From Saccharolobus islandicus REY15A (GTDB taxonomy: Archaea > Thermoproteota > Thermoprotei_A > Sulfolobales > Sulfolobaceae), in assembly GCF_000189555.1 (NCBI RefSeq), contig NC_017276.1: 64,000 bases of DNA; one strand, written 5' to 3'. Shown piece after piece: positions 9,327 to 21,418 of this stretch; within the stretch, counting starts at the first letter, position 1, and every line of letters begins with the position of its first letter. The notes beneath the pieces are model-generated. The model did not search any database and was not told where the DNA came from. It saw only the letters and a program-made list of their open reading frames with translations. A program made the position numbers and the translations under genes.

Positions 9327-10037
9327 ATGTCAGAGGAGGTAAGGAAATGGTTTAACGACTTTGTTAACAGCATTGTTGAGAAGATAAAGACAGGGAAGGA
9401 ACTTAATGCCTTAGAAACCCAGATTATCTCTAATTATGCTTCTAACCTAGTGCTTTACGACTACGTTGATAAGAGGTTAGGAGAAATTGAGAGAAACTTG
9501 AGGGACGAAATAAGGAAAACTAGGGAAGAATTATTAGCTAATGATGAGAAGATAAAGCAGGAACTTCTAGCTAATGACGAACGGATTAAACAGGAGCTAC
9601 TTTCGAACGACGAAAGAATTAAGCAGGAACTTAAGGCCGAGATTCAGAGCGTTAAAACAGATCTTGAGAATAAAATTAAGGAAGTCGATAGGAAAGTTGA
9701 GGCAACTAGGAGTGATCTAGGCTTATTGACAGAGGAAGTTTACGTTAAGAATTTTGTCGATTATTTAGAAAGCAACGGCGAGAAGGTTGTGAGCGTTTAT
9801 AGGCATTATGAAACTTCATTAGGTGAAATTGACGCAGTTGTTGAGACTTCCGGAAGAGTTTACGCAGTTGAGGTTAAAACGAGGGCTGAGGTTAGTGACG
9901 TGGATGATTTGCTTAATAAGACGAAGGTATTGAAAGAAGAATTGGGAGGAAAAGAAGCTTACCTTGTATTAACTGGTTCCAAAATAAATAAGACCGTAAG
10001 GGGTTACGCTAAAGGGTTAGGAGTTTTAATAATATAA
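9327..10037 (+). CDS. Coiled-coil protein with C-terminal PD-(D/E)XK nuclease-like domain
   Basis: Helical repeats followed by GEIDAVVETSGRVYAVEVKT (D...EVK). Confidence 0.75.
   Translation: MSEEVRKWFNDFVNSIVEKIKTGKELNALETQIISNYASNLVLYDYVDKRLGEIERNLRDEIRKTREELLANDEKIKQELLANDERIKQELLSNDERIKQELKAEIQSVKTDLENKIKEVDRKVEATRSDLGLLTEEVYVKNFVDYLESNGEKVVSVYRHYETSLGEIDAVVETSGRVYAVEVKTRAEVSDVDDLLNKTKVLKEELGGKEAYLVLTGSKINKTVRGYAKGLGVLII
9528..9632 (+). repeat. Three tandem 33-bp (11-aa) coding repeats ELL[A/S]NDE[K/R]IKQ
   Basis: Visible in the translation; codons are synonymously diverged between copies. Confidence 0.9.
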
Positions 10038-10219
10038 CGAAGTGACAGCGTAGAAAATGTTTTTCTTCTCATTGTCTATATTTTCGTGAGGATAATATGA
10101 TTGTATCTCATTAAAACAGAAGGCTAATTATAGCACTATCTAAAAATCAGTCTTTTAGAATCTTTTCGCTCTCTTCGAGCATCTTTTTTACTTCGTATAC
10201 TCTAGGTTTAGGTCTTCCA

Positions 10220-11559
10220 GTGTTATTCCTACTAGAGATAATAATACCCTTCAGTTTAGTGAAAGCGTTTGGTGGTGCATTACTATCTCCAAACCAATTG
10301 ATTAGGATACCTTTAGAAGTTTATGTGTCATCCAGTAATCAAGGAACTCCTATACAATTTATTATTTCAATATCATACTTAAATTCGGTTTATCAACAGT
10401 CACAGTATCAACAACAAATAGGTCTTTACGTTTCTCCTTTGATATTGCCAAATATCCCGTTATAACCACTTTAAATCCAGGGATAATGTCACTAAATTTA
10501 TTCACAACCACATATCTCGTACTGTCAAACACGCTAAATACCACCTTATATAATTTATCAGTTACTCTTTCATCACCGATTTATATTAACTCTACTGCGT
10601 TTAACCTAGCATCATTAAAGGCTAATTCTCAGTACAAATTGCCTATGATTGTTTATGCTCAAAACGCGGGTATCTATTCTATTTCAATCTCAATTGTGTA
10701 TTACCAAGGTAATATAGAAAGGCAAGAACAGATAACGGTTCCAGTTTACGTCATGCAAATTAATTCACCGGCTATACCAATTTTAATTCAATTCAACTCT
10801 TCTACACTATTGACTGGTCAAGTAGAATGTACAACTATTGCAATACAAAACACATTAAATCAACCATTGTATAACGTTACCATATCATTAGTTACACAAG
10901 GAACGCTTTATATTAACACAACTACAATAACTTTACCTTCCCTTCAACCATTACAAAGATTATACGTTCCAGTGGGAGTGTATACGCAGAGTGCTGGAAT
11001 AGTTAGTGTAAGCGCCAGTATATCATATTATCAAGCAGGGCAATTGAAGCAAGCTCAAGAGGTTATTAATGATTTAGCAGCGGGCTCAGTTAATATTATA
11101 ATAACTGGCGTTTCCACTGTTCCTTCGGTAGCAGTAAGAGGCAGTATAGTTTCGGTCACTGCAACGATCTATAACTTTGGTACTGGTCCTGCAAACGGTC
11201 TCACAGTAACAGTATTTCCACCTAAAGACATTGTAGTGATAGGTCAGAACACTTATTATGTGGGTAATTTAGGTTCAGATACGTCATCAACATTTACCTT
11301 TGCATTTAGGATACTTAACTCCACTAAGCCAGGTTCCTACGTTATTCCTTTAGAGTATACTTATACCAATGATATTGGGCAAGTTTTACATTCACATTCA
11401 AATATCACACTAGAAGTTTCAAATGGTTCTTCTGGCTTCTTCACCTCGTCTTTTAGGAGTAGCAACAATTCCCACATATCCCTAATCGGCATATTGGGCA
11501 TAATAATTGTAATAAGTATAGTTATAGTTTTAGTGATAGTATTTTTAAGAAGGAGGTAA
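10220..11559 (+). pseudogene. COG1361/S-layer-like Ig-domain membrane-anchored protein, 5'-truncated and frameshifted near 10455
   Basis: Two consecutive ORFs with the same beta-sandwich composition join with a 1-nt shift (PNI/PVITTLNPGIMS); C-terminal TM plus LRRR. Confidence 0.7.
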
Positions 11560-11562
11560 TTA

Positions 11563-12828
11563 ATGGTGAATACATTAGACATTTTCTGGCTAGCATATAA
11601 GGGATTAGTATCTAGGAAAGCTATATCGATTTTAGCTATAATATCAGTTATGATAGGGGTAGTCAGTGTAACTGTACTAGTAGCTTTTACTCAAGGTGTA
11701 AGTCAATCTATCTTATCAGTTGTGGAGTCATTGGGATCTAATACAATTTTAGTTTTACCTAGGGGTGGTGCAAGTTTGACTCAAGCTACTGTAGCAACTA
11801 TAGCGAGTTTGCCAGTGATAAAAGCAGTTTATCCAGTAATTAGTGGTTTCGGCGAAATATATGTTGAGGGGCAACCATTAGGGGTCAGTATAATTGGAAT
11901 AGATAACTTATCCGCACTTCTTGGTCAAGTACTGCTAGAAAGCGGGTCTGTTTATCCTCCAGTTTTTTCTCCAGAAGCCGTAATTGGATCAGAAGTGGCA
12001 AATCCAGCCCCTGGGGTTTTCTTCTCTCCAGGAAATATAATTACTGTTCAAATTTCTAGAGGTAATAGTATAACGTTAGAAGTAGTAGGAGTGTTATCCC
12101 CCTCTGGTGCTAATCCTTTATTTAATTCTGAAACTTCTATATTTTTACCTTTGGGCGAAGCAATGGCTATTCTAAACAGAACTTCATATAGCGAATTAAT
12201 AGTTGAGGCTCAATCAGTTAATGATGTTAATAATGTAGTAAACCTTATTGGAGAAATATATGGTACTCAGTTTAGTGTGATTTCAGTTCAGCAGTTAATT
12301 AATACAGTATCTAGTATTACGTCTGGGTTTAGTTTTCTATTAATATCAGTTGCGTCAATATCTCTTTTCGTAGGGGCTGTTGGAATAATGGCGATAATGT
12401 TAAGTAGAGTGTATCAGAAGATAAGAGAAATCGGTATAATGAAAACAGTAGGGCTAACAACTAGAGATATTCTTTTAGTTTTCTTAGCAGAATCTGGGAT
12501 AATAGGATTAATTGGAGGCATAGTAGGTGTATTGGTAGGTTTAGTAGGTACTTCATTTATTGATCTTTTATCAGCAATAACGTCTCAATCCGCATCTAGT
12601 AGTTCAGTGAGTACAAACACGGGTGGATCTAGAGGGGGTGGCGGTTTTGGTAGACTTGGTGGAGCATCCGCTTCATCTTCATCTTTCTTCACATTTAAAC
12701 CGATTATTTCGATAGAAGCAATTTTAATAGCATTAGCAGTAGCAATTGTTGTGAGTTTAATAGCAGGGATTTATCCAGCCTGGAAGACTTCAAGGCTTAC
12801 AGCAATTGATGCGATTAGAAGAGATTAA
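11563..12828 (+). CDS. ABC transporter permease, MacB/FtsX family
   Basis: N-terminal TM, extracellular domain, REIGIMKTVG motif, GIYPAWKTSRL..IDAIR terminus. Confidence 0.9.
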   Translation: MVNTLDIFWLAYKGLVSRKAISILAIISVMIGVVSVTVLVAFTQGVSQSILSVVESLGSNTILVLPRGGASLTQATVATIASLPVIKAVYPVISGFGEIYVEGQPLGVSIIGIDNLSALLGQVLLESGSVYPPVFSPEAVIGSEVANPAPGVFFSPGNIITVQISRGNSITLEVVGVLSPSGANPLFNSETSIFLPLGEAMAILNRTSYSELIVEAQSVNDVNNVVNLIGEIYGTQFSVISVQQLINTVSSITSGFSFLLISVASISLFVGAVGIMAIMLSRVYQKIREIGIMKTVGLTTRDILLVFLAESGIIGLIGGIVGVLVGLVGTSFIDLLSAITSQSASSSSVSTNTGGSRGGGGFGRLGGASASSSSFFTFKPIISIEAILIALAVAIVVSLIAGIYPAWKTSRLTAIDAIRRD

Positions 12829-12885
12829 ATTTTTGTCTTTACATTATATAAACTAGAGCTTATCCTTTTTTGGTATGGGCAATTT

Positions 12886-12942
12886 GAGTGTGATGATGAG
12901 AGGGTCCAATGATTTGATGATTATCGCTGGAAAAACTGATAA
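12886..12942 (+). ncRNA. Candidate box C/D sRNA
   Basis: C GTGATGA (12890), 12-nt guide, D' ATGA, C' TTGATGA (12914), 15-nt guide, D CTGA (12936); TATATAAA upstream. Confidence 0.6.
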
Positions 12943-12990
12943 TCAGAAAGCTTAAAATAAACCTTTTTATAAACATTTTTTAGTAAAACT

Positions 12991-13071
<81 letters not shown>

Positions 13072-13432
13072 CTTTTTTATCTGAAGACTACTATGAAAAT
13101 TTTATCACTAGGGAGTTAAATTGTTTATTTCTATAAAGTATTATACAATAACAACTATTAAGGTCTCTTTTTTTATCGCAGAATACTTTTTATATACTGA
13201 TGAATATGCACGTAATTCTTTCTATTATTATAAGTGAGAATTAAAAACTATTCATAAATCATATAGACTAGATAGTAACTAGTTTTAATTGTTGTTAACA
13301 TATGGTTTCATTTGCGAACTTGTAAGGTAGCCAAATGATAATAAGTTATAATAAATTGGAACTATACTTTACAATACTATTTCATATAAACAGTTATATA
13401 ATATATTTCATTATAGTTATCTTGCGGTTAGC

Positions 13433-15577
13433 TTGCTCGTATACAACAAATATCTGCCAGTGCCAAAACAATTTAATGATGAATTTTGGACCGTTGAGAA
13501 GGTAGAACATATTAGGTACCTCTCTTTGACTGGTAAGCCTTATAAAATATTCAATGAAGATATGAACTCTTTAAGGGTATTAGATAAAGTTAGATTCAAA
13601 CTTGATAAGGCAACTTCAATTTCTTTAATCCCCAAGGCCAATCTGGAACTAAAATTTTCTGGAATTTACATGAAGTCTCCTTTATATCTAGGTGACATGT
13701 CATACGGAGCGTTAAGTGGTAATCCCAATATAGCAATTGCTACTGCGGCTGATTTGACTGAAACTCTTGCCGGTACGGGAGAAGGTGGCCTACATCCAGA
13801 GGTTGCTAAGCATAAGAGAATTTTTGTGCAGTGGGCGTCAGCTAGATTTGGTGTTGATATTAGAGTTTTAACTGCTGGTATGGGTGTTGTCATAAAAATT
13901 GGTCAAGGGGCTAAGCCTGGAATTGGCGGCCATTTACCAGGAAATAAAGTTACTGAACCTATATCTGTCACTAGAAGAATTCCAATTGGTATAGATGCTA
14001 TATCTCCAGCACCTCATCACGATATTTACTCCATCGAGGATCTGGGACAAAGAATAGAGGCATTAAAAGAAGCAACTGGAAAGCCGGTTTTTGTTAAAGT
14101 AGCTGCAACTAATTATATCCCTTACATAGTTTCCGGTATTGCTAGAATGGGGGCAGATGGTGTTATAATAGATGGTCATGGAGCGGGAACTGGTGCCACC
14201 CCTGTTGTAATAAGAGATAACGTTGGTATACCAATAGAGCTAGCTGTAGCCTCAGCTGATAATATTTTAAGGAGAGAAGGACTTAGGGATAAGTTTACTA
14301 TTATAGCTGCTGGTAGGGTCTCATCAGCAACAGACGCTGCTAAACTAATTGCTTTAGGCGCTGACGTAGTGAGCGTTGGTACTGGAGCCTTAATAGCTAT
14401 GGGTTGTGTAATGGTACATAAGTGTCATGTAGGCTCATGCCCTACAGGTTTAACTGCCAAGATTGATGGGACTAGAGTAGTTGACGTAGAGTTCGGCGTT
14501 AAGATGCTAGTTAATTTTATCAATGGATTTTCCATGGAGTTAGCTAATATTTTAGATAATTTAGGTTTGAATAGTATTAAGGAACTTAGAGGTAAAAGAG
14601 AGTTACTTTATGGACATGGCTTGAGTAAAGACACGTTAGAAATTCTAGGAATTGAAGGTACGGAAGATGAAGTGAATCCTAAATTGGGAGAATTATGGAA
14701 TAGGAGAGTTATTGCTTACATGCACGAATTGATGAATAAGGGCAATCCAGTAATAACCAGTATGGGTAGTACTGCACCACCTGATGTAGAGAAACCCGCC
14801 AGAATAATTGATTGGCTTAGATCTGATGGAGCCCAAGTTACCAGACCTTCAATAGATCCTTATAGGGAAGATGTAGATACTTCCTTTTACCTTAAAGGTG
14901 GAGAGATATATCTATCACTCCCAATAATCTTCGATATCACTGAAGCCTCTTTAGAGTATAAGGAAGCGTTTAGTTGGAGTGCTTTAGCTTTGTCTTCAGC
15001 AGTTTTTGACTATGAAACTATCGATAAGTACGCAGAAGTCTTCATAAGTAGTGATGGGAAAGGTATTGCTAGGTGGAGTAAGAGTGATATCTACGAGAAC
15101 TCGTATCTCCTGATACCTGCAGATGAGAACGTAATAGACGAAGTTATTGGAATGGGCGTTCAAGGGTTTATAGTTGATGAGGATAGTGGAAATAGTGATC
15201 TAGAATTGGTAGTTAGTGCTTTAGATACCAAATTAAAGGAAGTGGGTGTTAGAAATCATTATGACATTTTGGCTAAGTCAAGTAGACTCAGACATTCCGC
15301 AGACGCTTTTAAATTAGTTCTGTTGGGTGCTGATTCTGTAATTATGCCTTATTTTATTTTAGAAAAAGCCATAGGTGAGGGAAATAAGGGTAATTTGAAA
15401 GAGAAAGCCTTCAGTCTCATAGCTGGAATGAAAAAGGAAATAGCTTTGCTTGCCGGTGCTGCTGGGGTTTATAGTGTCCAATCTACTTTGACCGGTAACA
15501 GGGAGTTATTACGTTCTATCAATTTGAGCTATCCTATAAGGAAAGCACTTAGAATAAAACCAGCGGGGTCTTTATAA
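13433..15577 (+). CDS. gltB: Glutamate synthase, FMN-binding subunit
   Basis: [30 protein letters not shown]-x5-C-x4-C 3Fe-4S motif; TTG start. Confidence 0.93.
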   Translation: MLVYNKYLPVPKQFNDEFWTVEKVEHIRYLSLTGKPYKIFNEDMNSLRVLDKVRFKLDKATSISLIPKANLELKFSGIYMKSPLYLGDMSYGALSGNPNIAIATAADLTETLAGTGEGGLHPEVAKHKRIFVQWASARFGVDIRVLTAGMGVVIKIGQGAKPGIGGHLPGNKVTEPISVTRRIPIGIDAISPAPHHDIYSIEDLGQRIEALKEATGKPVFVKVAATNYIPYIVSGIARMGADGVIIDGHGAGTGATPVVIRDNVGIPIELAVASADNILRREGLRDKFTIIAAGRVSSATDAAKLIALGADVVSVGTGALIAMGCVMVHKCHVGSCPTGLTAKIDGTRVVDVEFGVKMLVNFINGFSMELANILDNLGLNSIKELRGKRELLYGHGLSKDTLEILGIEGTEDEVNPKLGELWNRRVIAYMHELMNKGNPVITSMGSTAPPDVEKPARIIDWLRSDGAQVTRPSIDPYREDVDTSFYLKGGEIYLSLPIIFDITEASLEYKEAFSWSALALSSAVFDYETIDKYAEVFISSDGKGIARWSKSDIYENSYLLIPADENVIDEVIGMGVQGFIVDEDSGNSDLELVVSALDTKLKEVGVRNHYDILAKSSRLRHSADAFKLVLLGADSVIMPYFILEKAIGEGNKGNLKEKAFSLIAGMKKEIALLAGAAGVYSVQSTLTGNRELLRSINLSYPIRKALRIKPAGSL

Positions 15578-17556
15578 TGGTTGACTATTATCCTTCTGGT
15601 TGTGGTGTTTTTGGAATCTTAAGGAAAAGAAACTCTCCAAAAGTCAAAGGCAATTTAGTTGTTAGAGCAATAGATAGAGTCAGATATAGGGGTAGTGATA
15701 AGGGAGCAGGATTTGCTGTATTTAATTTGGAAAAAAGAAACTATTATGTTATTAAAGCGTTTTATGAGGGAAACCCCAGTGAGCTGAAGGATATGTTTAG
15801 CAAGTATGGTGTAGAAGTTAAGAATGTAGAATTGCTAACTAAATATTCGACTCTATGCGATTGTAACCTTATTGCTTTGGGCGATATAAATGAGGTTAGG
15901 AAGGCTATAAGGAATGTAAATGAGATAATGTGGAACGGTAAAGAGAAGAAGGGCAGAGTGTATAGCGTTGGTAGCTCTCTTCATGTGTATAAGGGTGTTG
16001 GATATCCTAAAGACGTAGCAGAACAATATCGTGTTGAGGAGTTGGAAGGTGATTTATGGTTAGCACATACGAGGCAACCCACTAATTCCCCTGGCTATTA
16101 TCCGTTTTGGTCTCATCCCTTTTCCTCATTTAATGTTGCTATAGTTCACAATGGCGATGTTAGCTCATTTGGAGCTAACGTAGAATATCTAAATTCGAGG
16201 GGGCTAAATAGTTTTGTAGGAACTGATAGTGAGGTATTAGCTTTTTTATTTGAGGAACTCATTGCTGAAGGTTTAACCATCGAAGAGGCAGTAAAGATTC
16301 TAATTAACCCATCAAGAAGATTCAATGCCTTACCTAAAGATGTTGATTATTTATATAGAAACGCTATGTTAGATGGCCCCTTTACAGCGGTTATTGGTTA
16401 CGACTCCGGTGATGATTTATATTTGATAGCTATTGCTGATAGATCTAAGTTTAGGCCGGCAATAATTGGCGAGGATGAGTCATATTATTATGTAGCAAGT
16501 GAAGAGAATGAAATTAGGGAAATAAGCCCTAAAGCTAAAATTTGGACGCTTAAACCTGGTTCTTACTTTATAGCATCTTATAAAAAAGGTATAATATCAT
16601 ATGGGAGAGGCAATGACGAGTTAAAGACATTTTCTCCTCCACCAATAATGGTTCCAGAGAAGTATGATATTAATGCATATAATATAGGGTATAAGGAGTT
16701 AAATTATGAGATACTTAAGTTAGCTGAAAAAGGAAAGAGGGAAATAACAGTTGCCAACGTTTTAGGTCATAGATATATTGGGATAAACCTACCGGCTAAA
16801 AACATAAACAATTTGAGAATCAACCTTTATGGTGTAGTTGGAAACGCTATGGCAAATCTAAATGAGGGTAACGAATTTTATGTTTATGGAAATGTTACTG
16901 ATGACTGTTGTGATACCATGCATGGAGGAAAAGTAGTAATTTACGGTGATGCGAGAGACGTTTTAGCTCAGACTTTTCAGAATGGTAAGATTTTCGTTAA
17001 GGGTAATGCTGGAAATAGAGTTGGTATTCAAATGAGGGAATATAAGGATAAAAGACCCTATCTTATAATAGGCGGTATTGTTGATGATTATTTAGGAGAA
17101 TATATGGCTGGAGGCGTAATGATAGTGTTTGGTAAAGGGTTTAACGGAGAACCAGTGGGAAATTTCGTAGGAACAGGAATGGTAAGGGGGAGAATATACA
17201 TAAGAGGCAAGGTTTCTCCATCAAAACTAGGATTACAACCACCAAGGTATGAGGTGATGAGATTACTAAAAGCACTATTCTTAGAGGGCCTAATTTCTAG
17301 TGAGGAATACGATTCACTAAAGAACGAAGAATATATTGAGATTGTTAATAAGTTAAAAGGAGAAGCTAAGGAATATGCCAAGAAATTGTTTGAAGAGAAA
17401 ATCGGAGTTCCGACATACGAATATAGAGAATTAACCGAGGAGGAATTTAAGGAACTGTACCCAGTAGTTGATGAATATTCTAAGGATATGATGGACTACT
17501 CTTATACTGAACTATTAAAGGAAAAGTTTACTGTAATAACTGCTAGAAAATTATAG
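15577..17556 (+). CDS. Glutamate synthase, Ntn amidotransferase plus GXGXG-domain subunit
   Basis: [24 protein letters not shown]; C-terminal GEYMAGG repeats. Confidence 0.9.
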   Translation: MVDYYPSGCGVFGILRKRNSPKVKGNLVVRAIDRVRYRGSDKGAGFAVFNLEKRNYYVIKAFYEGNPSELKDMFSKYGVEVKNVELLTKYSTLCDCNLIALGDINEVRKAIRNVNEIMWNGKEKKGRVYSVGSSLHVYKGVGYPKDVAEQYRVEELEGDLWLAHTRQPTNSPGYYPFWSHPFSSFNVAIVHNGDVSSFGANVEYLNSRGLNSFVGTDSEVLAFLFEELIAEGLTIEEAVKILINPSRRFNALPKDVDYLYRNAMLDGPFTAVIGYDSGDDLYLIAIADRSKFRPAIIGEDESYYYVASEENEIREISPKAKIWTLKPGSYFIASYKKGIISYGRGNDELKTFSPPPIMVPEKYDINAYNIGYKELNYEILKLAEKGKREITVANVLGHRYIGINLPAKNINNLRINLYGVVGNAMANLNEGNEFYVYGNVTDDCCDTMHGGKVVIYGDARDVLAQTFQNGKIFVKGNAGNRVGIQMREYKDKRPYLIIGGIVDDYLGEYMAGGVMIVFGKGFNGEPVGNFVGTGMVRGRIYIRGKVSPSKLGLQPPRYEVMRLLKALFLEGLISSEEYDSLKNEEYIEIVNKLKGEAKEYAKKLFEEKIGVPTYEYRELTEEEFKELYPVVDEYSKDMMDYSYTELLKEKFTVITARKL

Positions 17557-18610
17557 AAGATATTTCGCTTAAAATATTTCGCTTAAAATTTTCCTTACTG
17601 AAATTTAGAGCTCTGTTTTTCATTTCCCTTCTCAACCCTATATTTTCATTTTCCAGTAAGCTCTTTAATAGCGTTACGGCTTCTTCTATGTCTGAGTACG
17701 AGAATTCGGGAACTACTTCGTAAGCTCCACTTTCCTTAGGGACTATTGGTATAACTCCGCTTGCCATTGCTTCTATAACTGGTATTCCAAAATGCTCTCC
17801 TATCGTTGCGTGGAAATAGACTTTAGCTTTTGATAGTACTTTAAGCAACTCCTCTCTTGGTAAATTAGTTACAATTTCTATTTCAGCGTTAAGTTCTCTC
17901 TTAAGCTTAATTAACTTGTTCAGATAGTCTCTTTCATTCAGTGAACCAATGATTACGCCTTTAACTCCGCTTTTCGACGCTAAAAGGATTGAATTTTCAA
18001 GCATTTTCCCTCTTTCTATTCTTCCTATTGTCACAAAGAAGTTTTCCCTTTTTTCCTCATTATATGCTCTCTGAAAATATTCTACATCTACTGGAGGGTA
18101 TATTACTTTTGGCTCATTTATTTCATAAACTTCAGCTATTGCCTTTGCAGAATAGCGAGAATTTGCTATTATCTTTGCCCTTTTCCCCTCATCTTTTATT
18201 TTATTTATGACGAGACGAAACGGTAATAAATAAAGTTTCCAAAAAAGGGATCTGGTATACTTGCTTGGTAAGTTAGCTATTGAAGGTGCACCTGCATAAA
18301 TTACGTGTGGAGCTATTTCTGATAACGGTATAGGCACTCCAGACGCGTTTAGATACAAATCTGGTTTTACTTTTTTCGCCGTATAATAGGTCAATAACCT
18401 TTGATACTTATCTAGCTTTGGTAAATGAAAAGGCAACGTATACACTGAGGGTATTGATTTATCATAAGGTTTTGCAAAGCTTATTGCAACATAATTTATT
18501 TTTCTTTCCTCTAACATTTCAAAAAATGTTTTGTATATAGTTCCCTCACCACTATAACCCCTACTCATTCCTAAGCCATGGGCTATTACTGCAACCTTTA
18601 TTTTCTTCAT
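17543..18610 (-). CDS. Glycosyltransferase family 4 (GT-B)
   Basis: IYPPVD and [14 protein letters not shown] motifs. Confidence 0.9.
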   Translation of the reverse strand: MKKIKVAVIAHGLGMSRGYSGEGTIYKTFFEMLEERKINYVAISFAKPYDKSIPSVYTLPFHLPKLDKYQRLLTYYTAKKVKPDLYLNASGVPIPLSEIAPHVIYAGAPSIANLPSKYTRSLFWKLYLLPFRLVINKIKDEGKRAKIIANSRYSAKAIAEVYEINEPKVIYPPVDVEYFQRAYNEEKRENFFVTIGRIERGKMLENSILLASKSGVKGVIIGSLNERDYLNKLIKLKRELNAEIEIVTNLPREELLKVLSKAKVYFHATIGEHFGIPVIEAMASGVIPIVPKESGAYEVVPEFSYSDIEEAVTLLKSLLENENIGLRREMKNRALNFSKENFKRNILSEISSIIF

Positions 18611-18629
18611 ATTTCATTATTACTTCTAG

Positions 18630-19514
18630 ATGGTTCAGATTATAATACCAGTGGGTCCTAATGACAAGGTAGATTGGGTTAAAAGAAGCGTAAATTCGGC
18701 GTTATCACAACCAGTTGATAAGGTGATAATTTACGATAATAGCGAAAGAAGTGATATATATAATTTATTTCAGGAGTTGAAAGATAAATTGGTCTATATT
18801 AAGGATAAGAGAATGAAAAGGGTTAACATGGCTAGATTACGTAATAAGATGCTCTCATTAATTGATGATAAATATGTAATCATGATAGATAGTGACGTTG
18901 TTATACCTAAGGACTATGCTAATAAAATTATAAGTAAATTGGAAAATGGAGTAGCATATAGTTGGATGCATTATGCTTATTCTGAAGAAGAAATTAAAAA
19001 ACCATTGTCTTTATCTGAAAATAACCCTAATTTAGGGTGTGCAGGACTTAATTTGGAGATAATTAAGAGAATTGGCTATTTTGATGAACGATATGAAAGA
19101 GATGAGGATGTATGGCTTTATGCAAAACTAAAAAAAATTGGCTACAAAGTAGAGCCAGCTGAGGGTAGATGTTTGCATCTTAATAAGGTTCACGCAAGGC
19201 TTGATTTCTCTTCATCAATTGTTGAAGCTAGGAGAAATCTTTGGAGGAGTAAATACGACATTATGCTAATATTTGATGGTCTTACAGATTTTACCTTTTT
19301 AACTGGTTACTCATATTATGGTAGTTACTATATATTGGCAATTTTATCGGCTATTTTCCATCCCTTAGCTTTCCTCTATTTTCCACTTATAGGTTATGGT
19401 ATCTATTATTATAAGGGACCAAAGAAATATTTACTAAATTTAATCCCCGGTTTAGCATTAGCGATCTCATTCCCTTATGGCCTAGGGTATAATCTTATCC
19501 AAAAGGCCAAGTAA
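18630..19514 (+). CDS. Glycosyltransferase family 2 with C-terminal TMs
   Basis: IIIPV, IYDNS, DSD (DxD), GYFDE..EDVWL. Confidence 0.88.
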   Translation: MVQIIIPVGPNDKVDWVKRSVNSALSQPVDKVIIYDNSERSDIYNLFQELKDKLVYIKDKRMKRVNMARLRNKMLSLIDDKYVIMIDSDVVIPKDYANKIISKLENGVAYSWMHYAYSEEEIKKPLSLSENNPNLGCAGLNLEIIKRIGYFDERYERDEDVWLYAKLKKIGYKVEPAEGRCLHLNKVHARLDFSSSIVEARRNLWRSKYDIMLIFDGLTDFTFLTGYSYYGSYYILAILSAIFHPLAFLYFPLIGYGIYYYKGPKKYLLNLIPGLALAISFPYGLGYNLIQKAK

Positions 19515-20717
19515 TTCCCTTCTTCTCTTATCAAACTCTCTCTCCACATTTTCGTCATAAACTATTCTTCCGTTTACTATAACCTTACCTACATGCTCAC
19601 CTACGCTATAATAAACGATATTCGAGAGAATTCTATCCTTTTTTAACGGATATAATTTGTCCTTCTTTAATAGCACTATATCAGCGATGTATCCTTCCTC
19701 TAGCTTTCCACCTTTTAAATTAATAAGCTTATATCCATTTTCTGTGGCTGCCTTGAGTACATGATATGCTTTTATGCCGACATCCCAATATGAATGCCTT
19801 TGAAGTAGTACTGCATTTTTCATCTCCCTGAACATATCTAGTGAATTATTACTTGCAGCTCCGTCAGTACCTATAGTTACGTTCACTCCATTTTCTATCA
19901 ACTCTTTGAATGGAAAGAAACCTGCAGTAGCAAGTTTCATATTTGAAGTTGGGCAATGGGTTGCATTGGTCACATATTGTAGTTCCCAATTAGCTACCCA
20001 TCCTAAATGAACCAATTGGGCCTTCCTCACGATTCTTAGTTCATTCAACAACTCCACTGGGAATTTGCCATACTTTTTCTTTATCTCATAAATCTCACTT
20101 CTAGTCTCAGACACATGGATGTGAATCCATGAGTTTGTTTCTTCTGCGAGTTGATTAGCCAATTTTAATGTGTCTACAGATGTTGAATATATGCTATGTA
20201 CGTTTACAATTGGTTTAAATAGTTCACTTGCTTTAAGCTGTCTTTGTTTTTTATCTATCTCATGAGGATCAAATAATCTATTGAGAAACGTATAACCCGC
20301 GTAAGCTCTTATTCCATACTTTTCTGCGATTTCCTTTACTCCTTCAGGATTAAAGTACATGTCTATGAACGCTGTAGTTCCTTTTGATAACATTTCCATT
20401 ACAGCCAATTCTGATGCTATGTTCATTTCATTTGTCTTGAAAACTTTTTCAAATTCCCACATTTTTTCTAACCATTCTGTTAATTCAGCATCATCATAGT
20501 ATCCACGTAAAGCTATCATTGGGGTATGTGTGTGCGCGTTAACTAGTCCGGGTATCGCAACGTATTCTGAGCAATCAAACTCGTCTCCCTCAACTTCCCT
20601 TCCTAAATTTTTTATATATCCATCTTGAATAACTATATTGGTATTTTCCAATATTTTATCATAATTTACGATAAATCGACAATTTTTTAATGTATATCTG
20701 TTATTTCGTATCTGCAT
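19482..20717 (-). CDS. Amidohydrolase (MtaD/TrzA-like deaminase)
   Basis: [23 protein letters not shown] motifs. Confidence 0.88.
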   Translation of the reverse strand: MQIRNNRYTLKNCRFIVNYDKILENTNIVIQDGYIKNLGREVEGDEFDCSEYVAIPGLVNAHTHTPMIALRGYYDDAELTEWLEKMWEFEKVFKTNEMNIASELAVMEMLSKGTTAFIDMYFNPEGVKEIAEKYGIRAYAGYTFLNRLFDPHEIDKKQRQLKASELFKPIVNVHSIYSTSVDTLKLANQLAEETNSWIHIHVSETRSEIYEIKKKYGKFPVELLNELRIVRKAQLVHLGWVANWELQYVTNATHCPTSNMKLATAGFFPFKELIENGVNVTIGTDGAASNNSLDMFREMKNAVLLQRHSYWDVGIKAYHVLKAATENGYKLINLKGGKLEEGYIADIVLLKKDKLYPLKKDRILSNIVYYSVGEHVGKVIVNGRIVYDENVEREFDKRRRELLGLLDKIIP

Positions 20718-21355
20718 TCGTATTCACTTATTCTTCTTAATCTACCTTTCACCTTTAATTGCGTTTTGAAAAGTGGAGCATAAGTTACAAAAGTTTCAGC
20801 TTCTCCACCCTCAAATGCAGGATTAAATCCGTATCTTCTTGCTCTCTCAATTATTTTTTCTACATCCTCTGTTGTGATTTCCTTGCCTAATAAATCAAAT
20901 GGGAAGCCATAGGCGGAAGCTGATGTTATCACGAACTTAAATCCTTCTCGTGCTAACCATCGCATATATTCTTCTTGTGTTTTTCTCCAAAGTGGTGTAT
21001 AAGTCTTTAGTCCTATTTCTTCAGCTATAATGCTTATGTTTAACCTTTGATAATCAGAAAGTAACGCTCCACTGACTATACCAACAGCTCCTTCATTTTT
21101 AGCTTGAACTAGCACCTTTTTGAGATCTTCTAACTCCTTATCCTTCTCCCCTGAAGTCTCGAAGGTGAGAAGTCTAAAACCCATAGCTTCAGCTTGATAT
21201 CTGGTATAAATTACATTAGGGTATTGGAACATCCAAGAATCTTCTCTCTTTGGTATTAACGTTATTAAGCAGACAATCTTAAATCCCTTAAACACCGCCC
21301 AATGCAATGCATATGTACTATCCTTTCCTCCAGAATATAACACACAAATTTTCAT
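20687..21355 (-). CDS. dph6: Diphthine--ammonia ligase
   Basis: SGGKDS PP-loop, SDYQR, EGGEAET. Confidence 0.88.
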   Translation of the reverse strand: MKICVLYSGGKDSTYALHWAVFKGFKIVCLITLIPKREDSWMFQYPNVIYTRYQAEAMGFRLLTFETSGEKDKELEDLKKVLVQAKNEGAVGIVSGALLSDYQRLNISIIAEEIGLKTYTPLWRKTQEEYMRWLAREGFKFVITSASAYGFPFDLLGKEITTEDVEKIIERARRYGFNPAFEGGEAETFVTYAPLFKTQLKVKGRLRRISEYECRYEITDIH

Positions 21356-21418
21356 AGGATATAAAAGATAAAAAATGAGTTAACTTTAATACTTTACTTC
21401 AAATTAGCTAACTACTCG

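Noticed and set aside
10147-10230. Minus-strand peptide ...GRPKPRVYEVKKMLEESEKILKD* as a possible HEPN-like gene end
   Set aside because: Too short, has no start codon and overlaps the COG1361 remnant; cannot be supported
13197-13250. CTGATGA upstream of glutamate synthase as a possible C box
   Set aside because: No D', C' or D boxes at appropriate spacing
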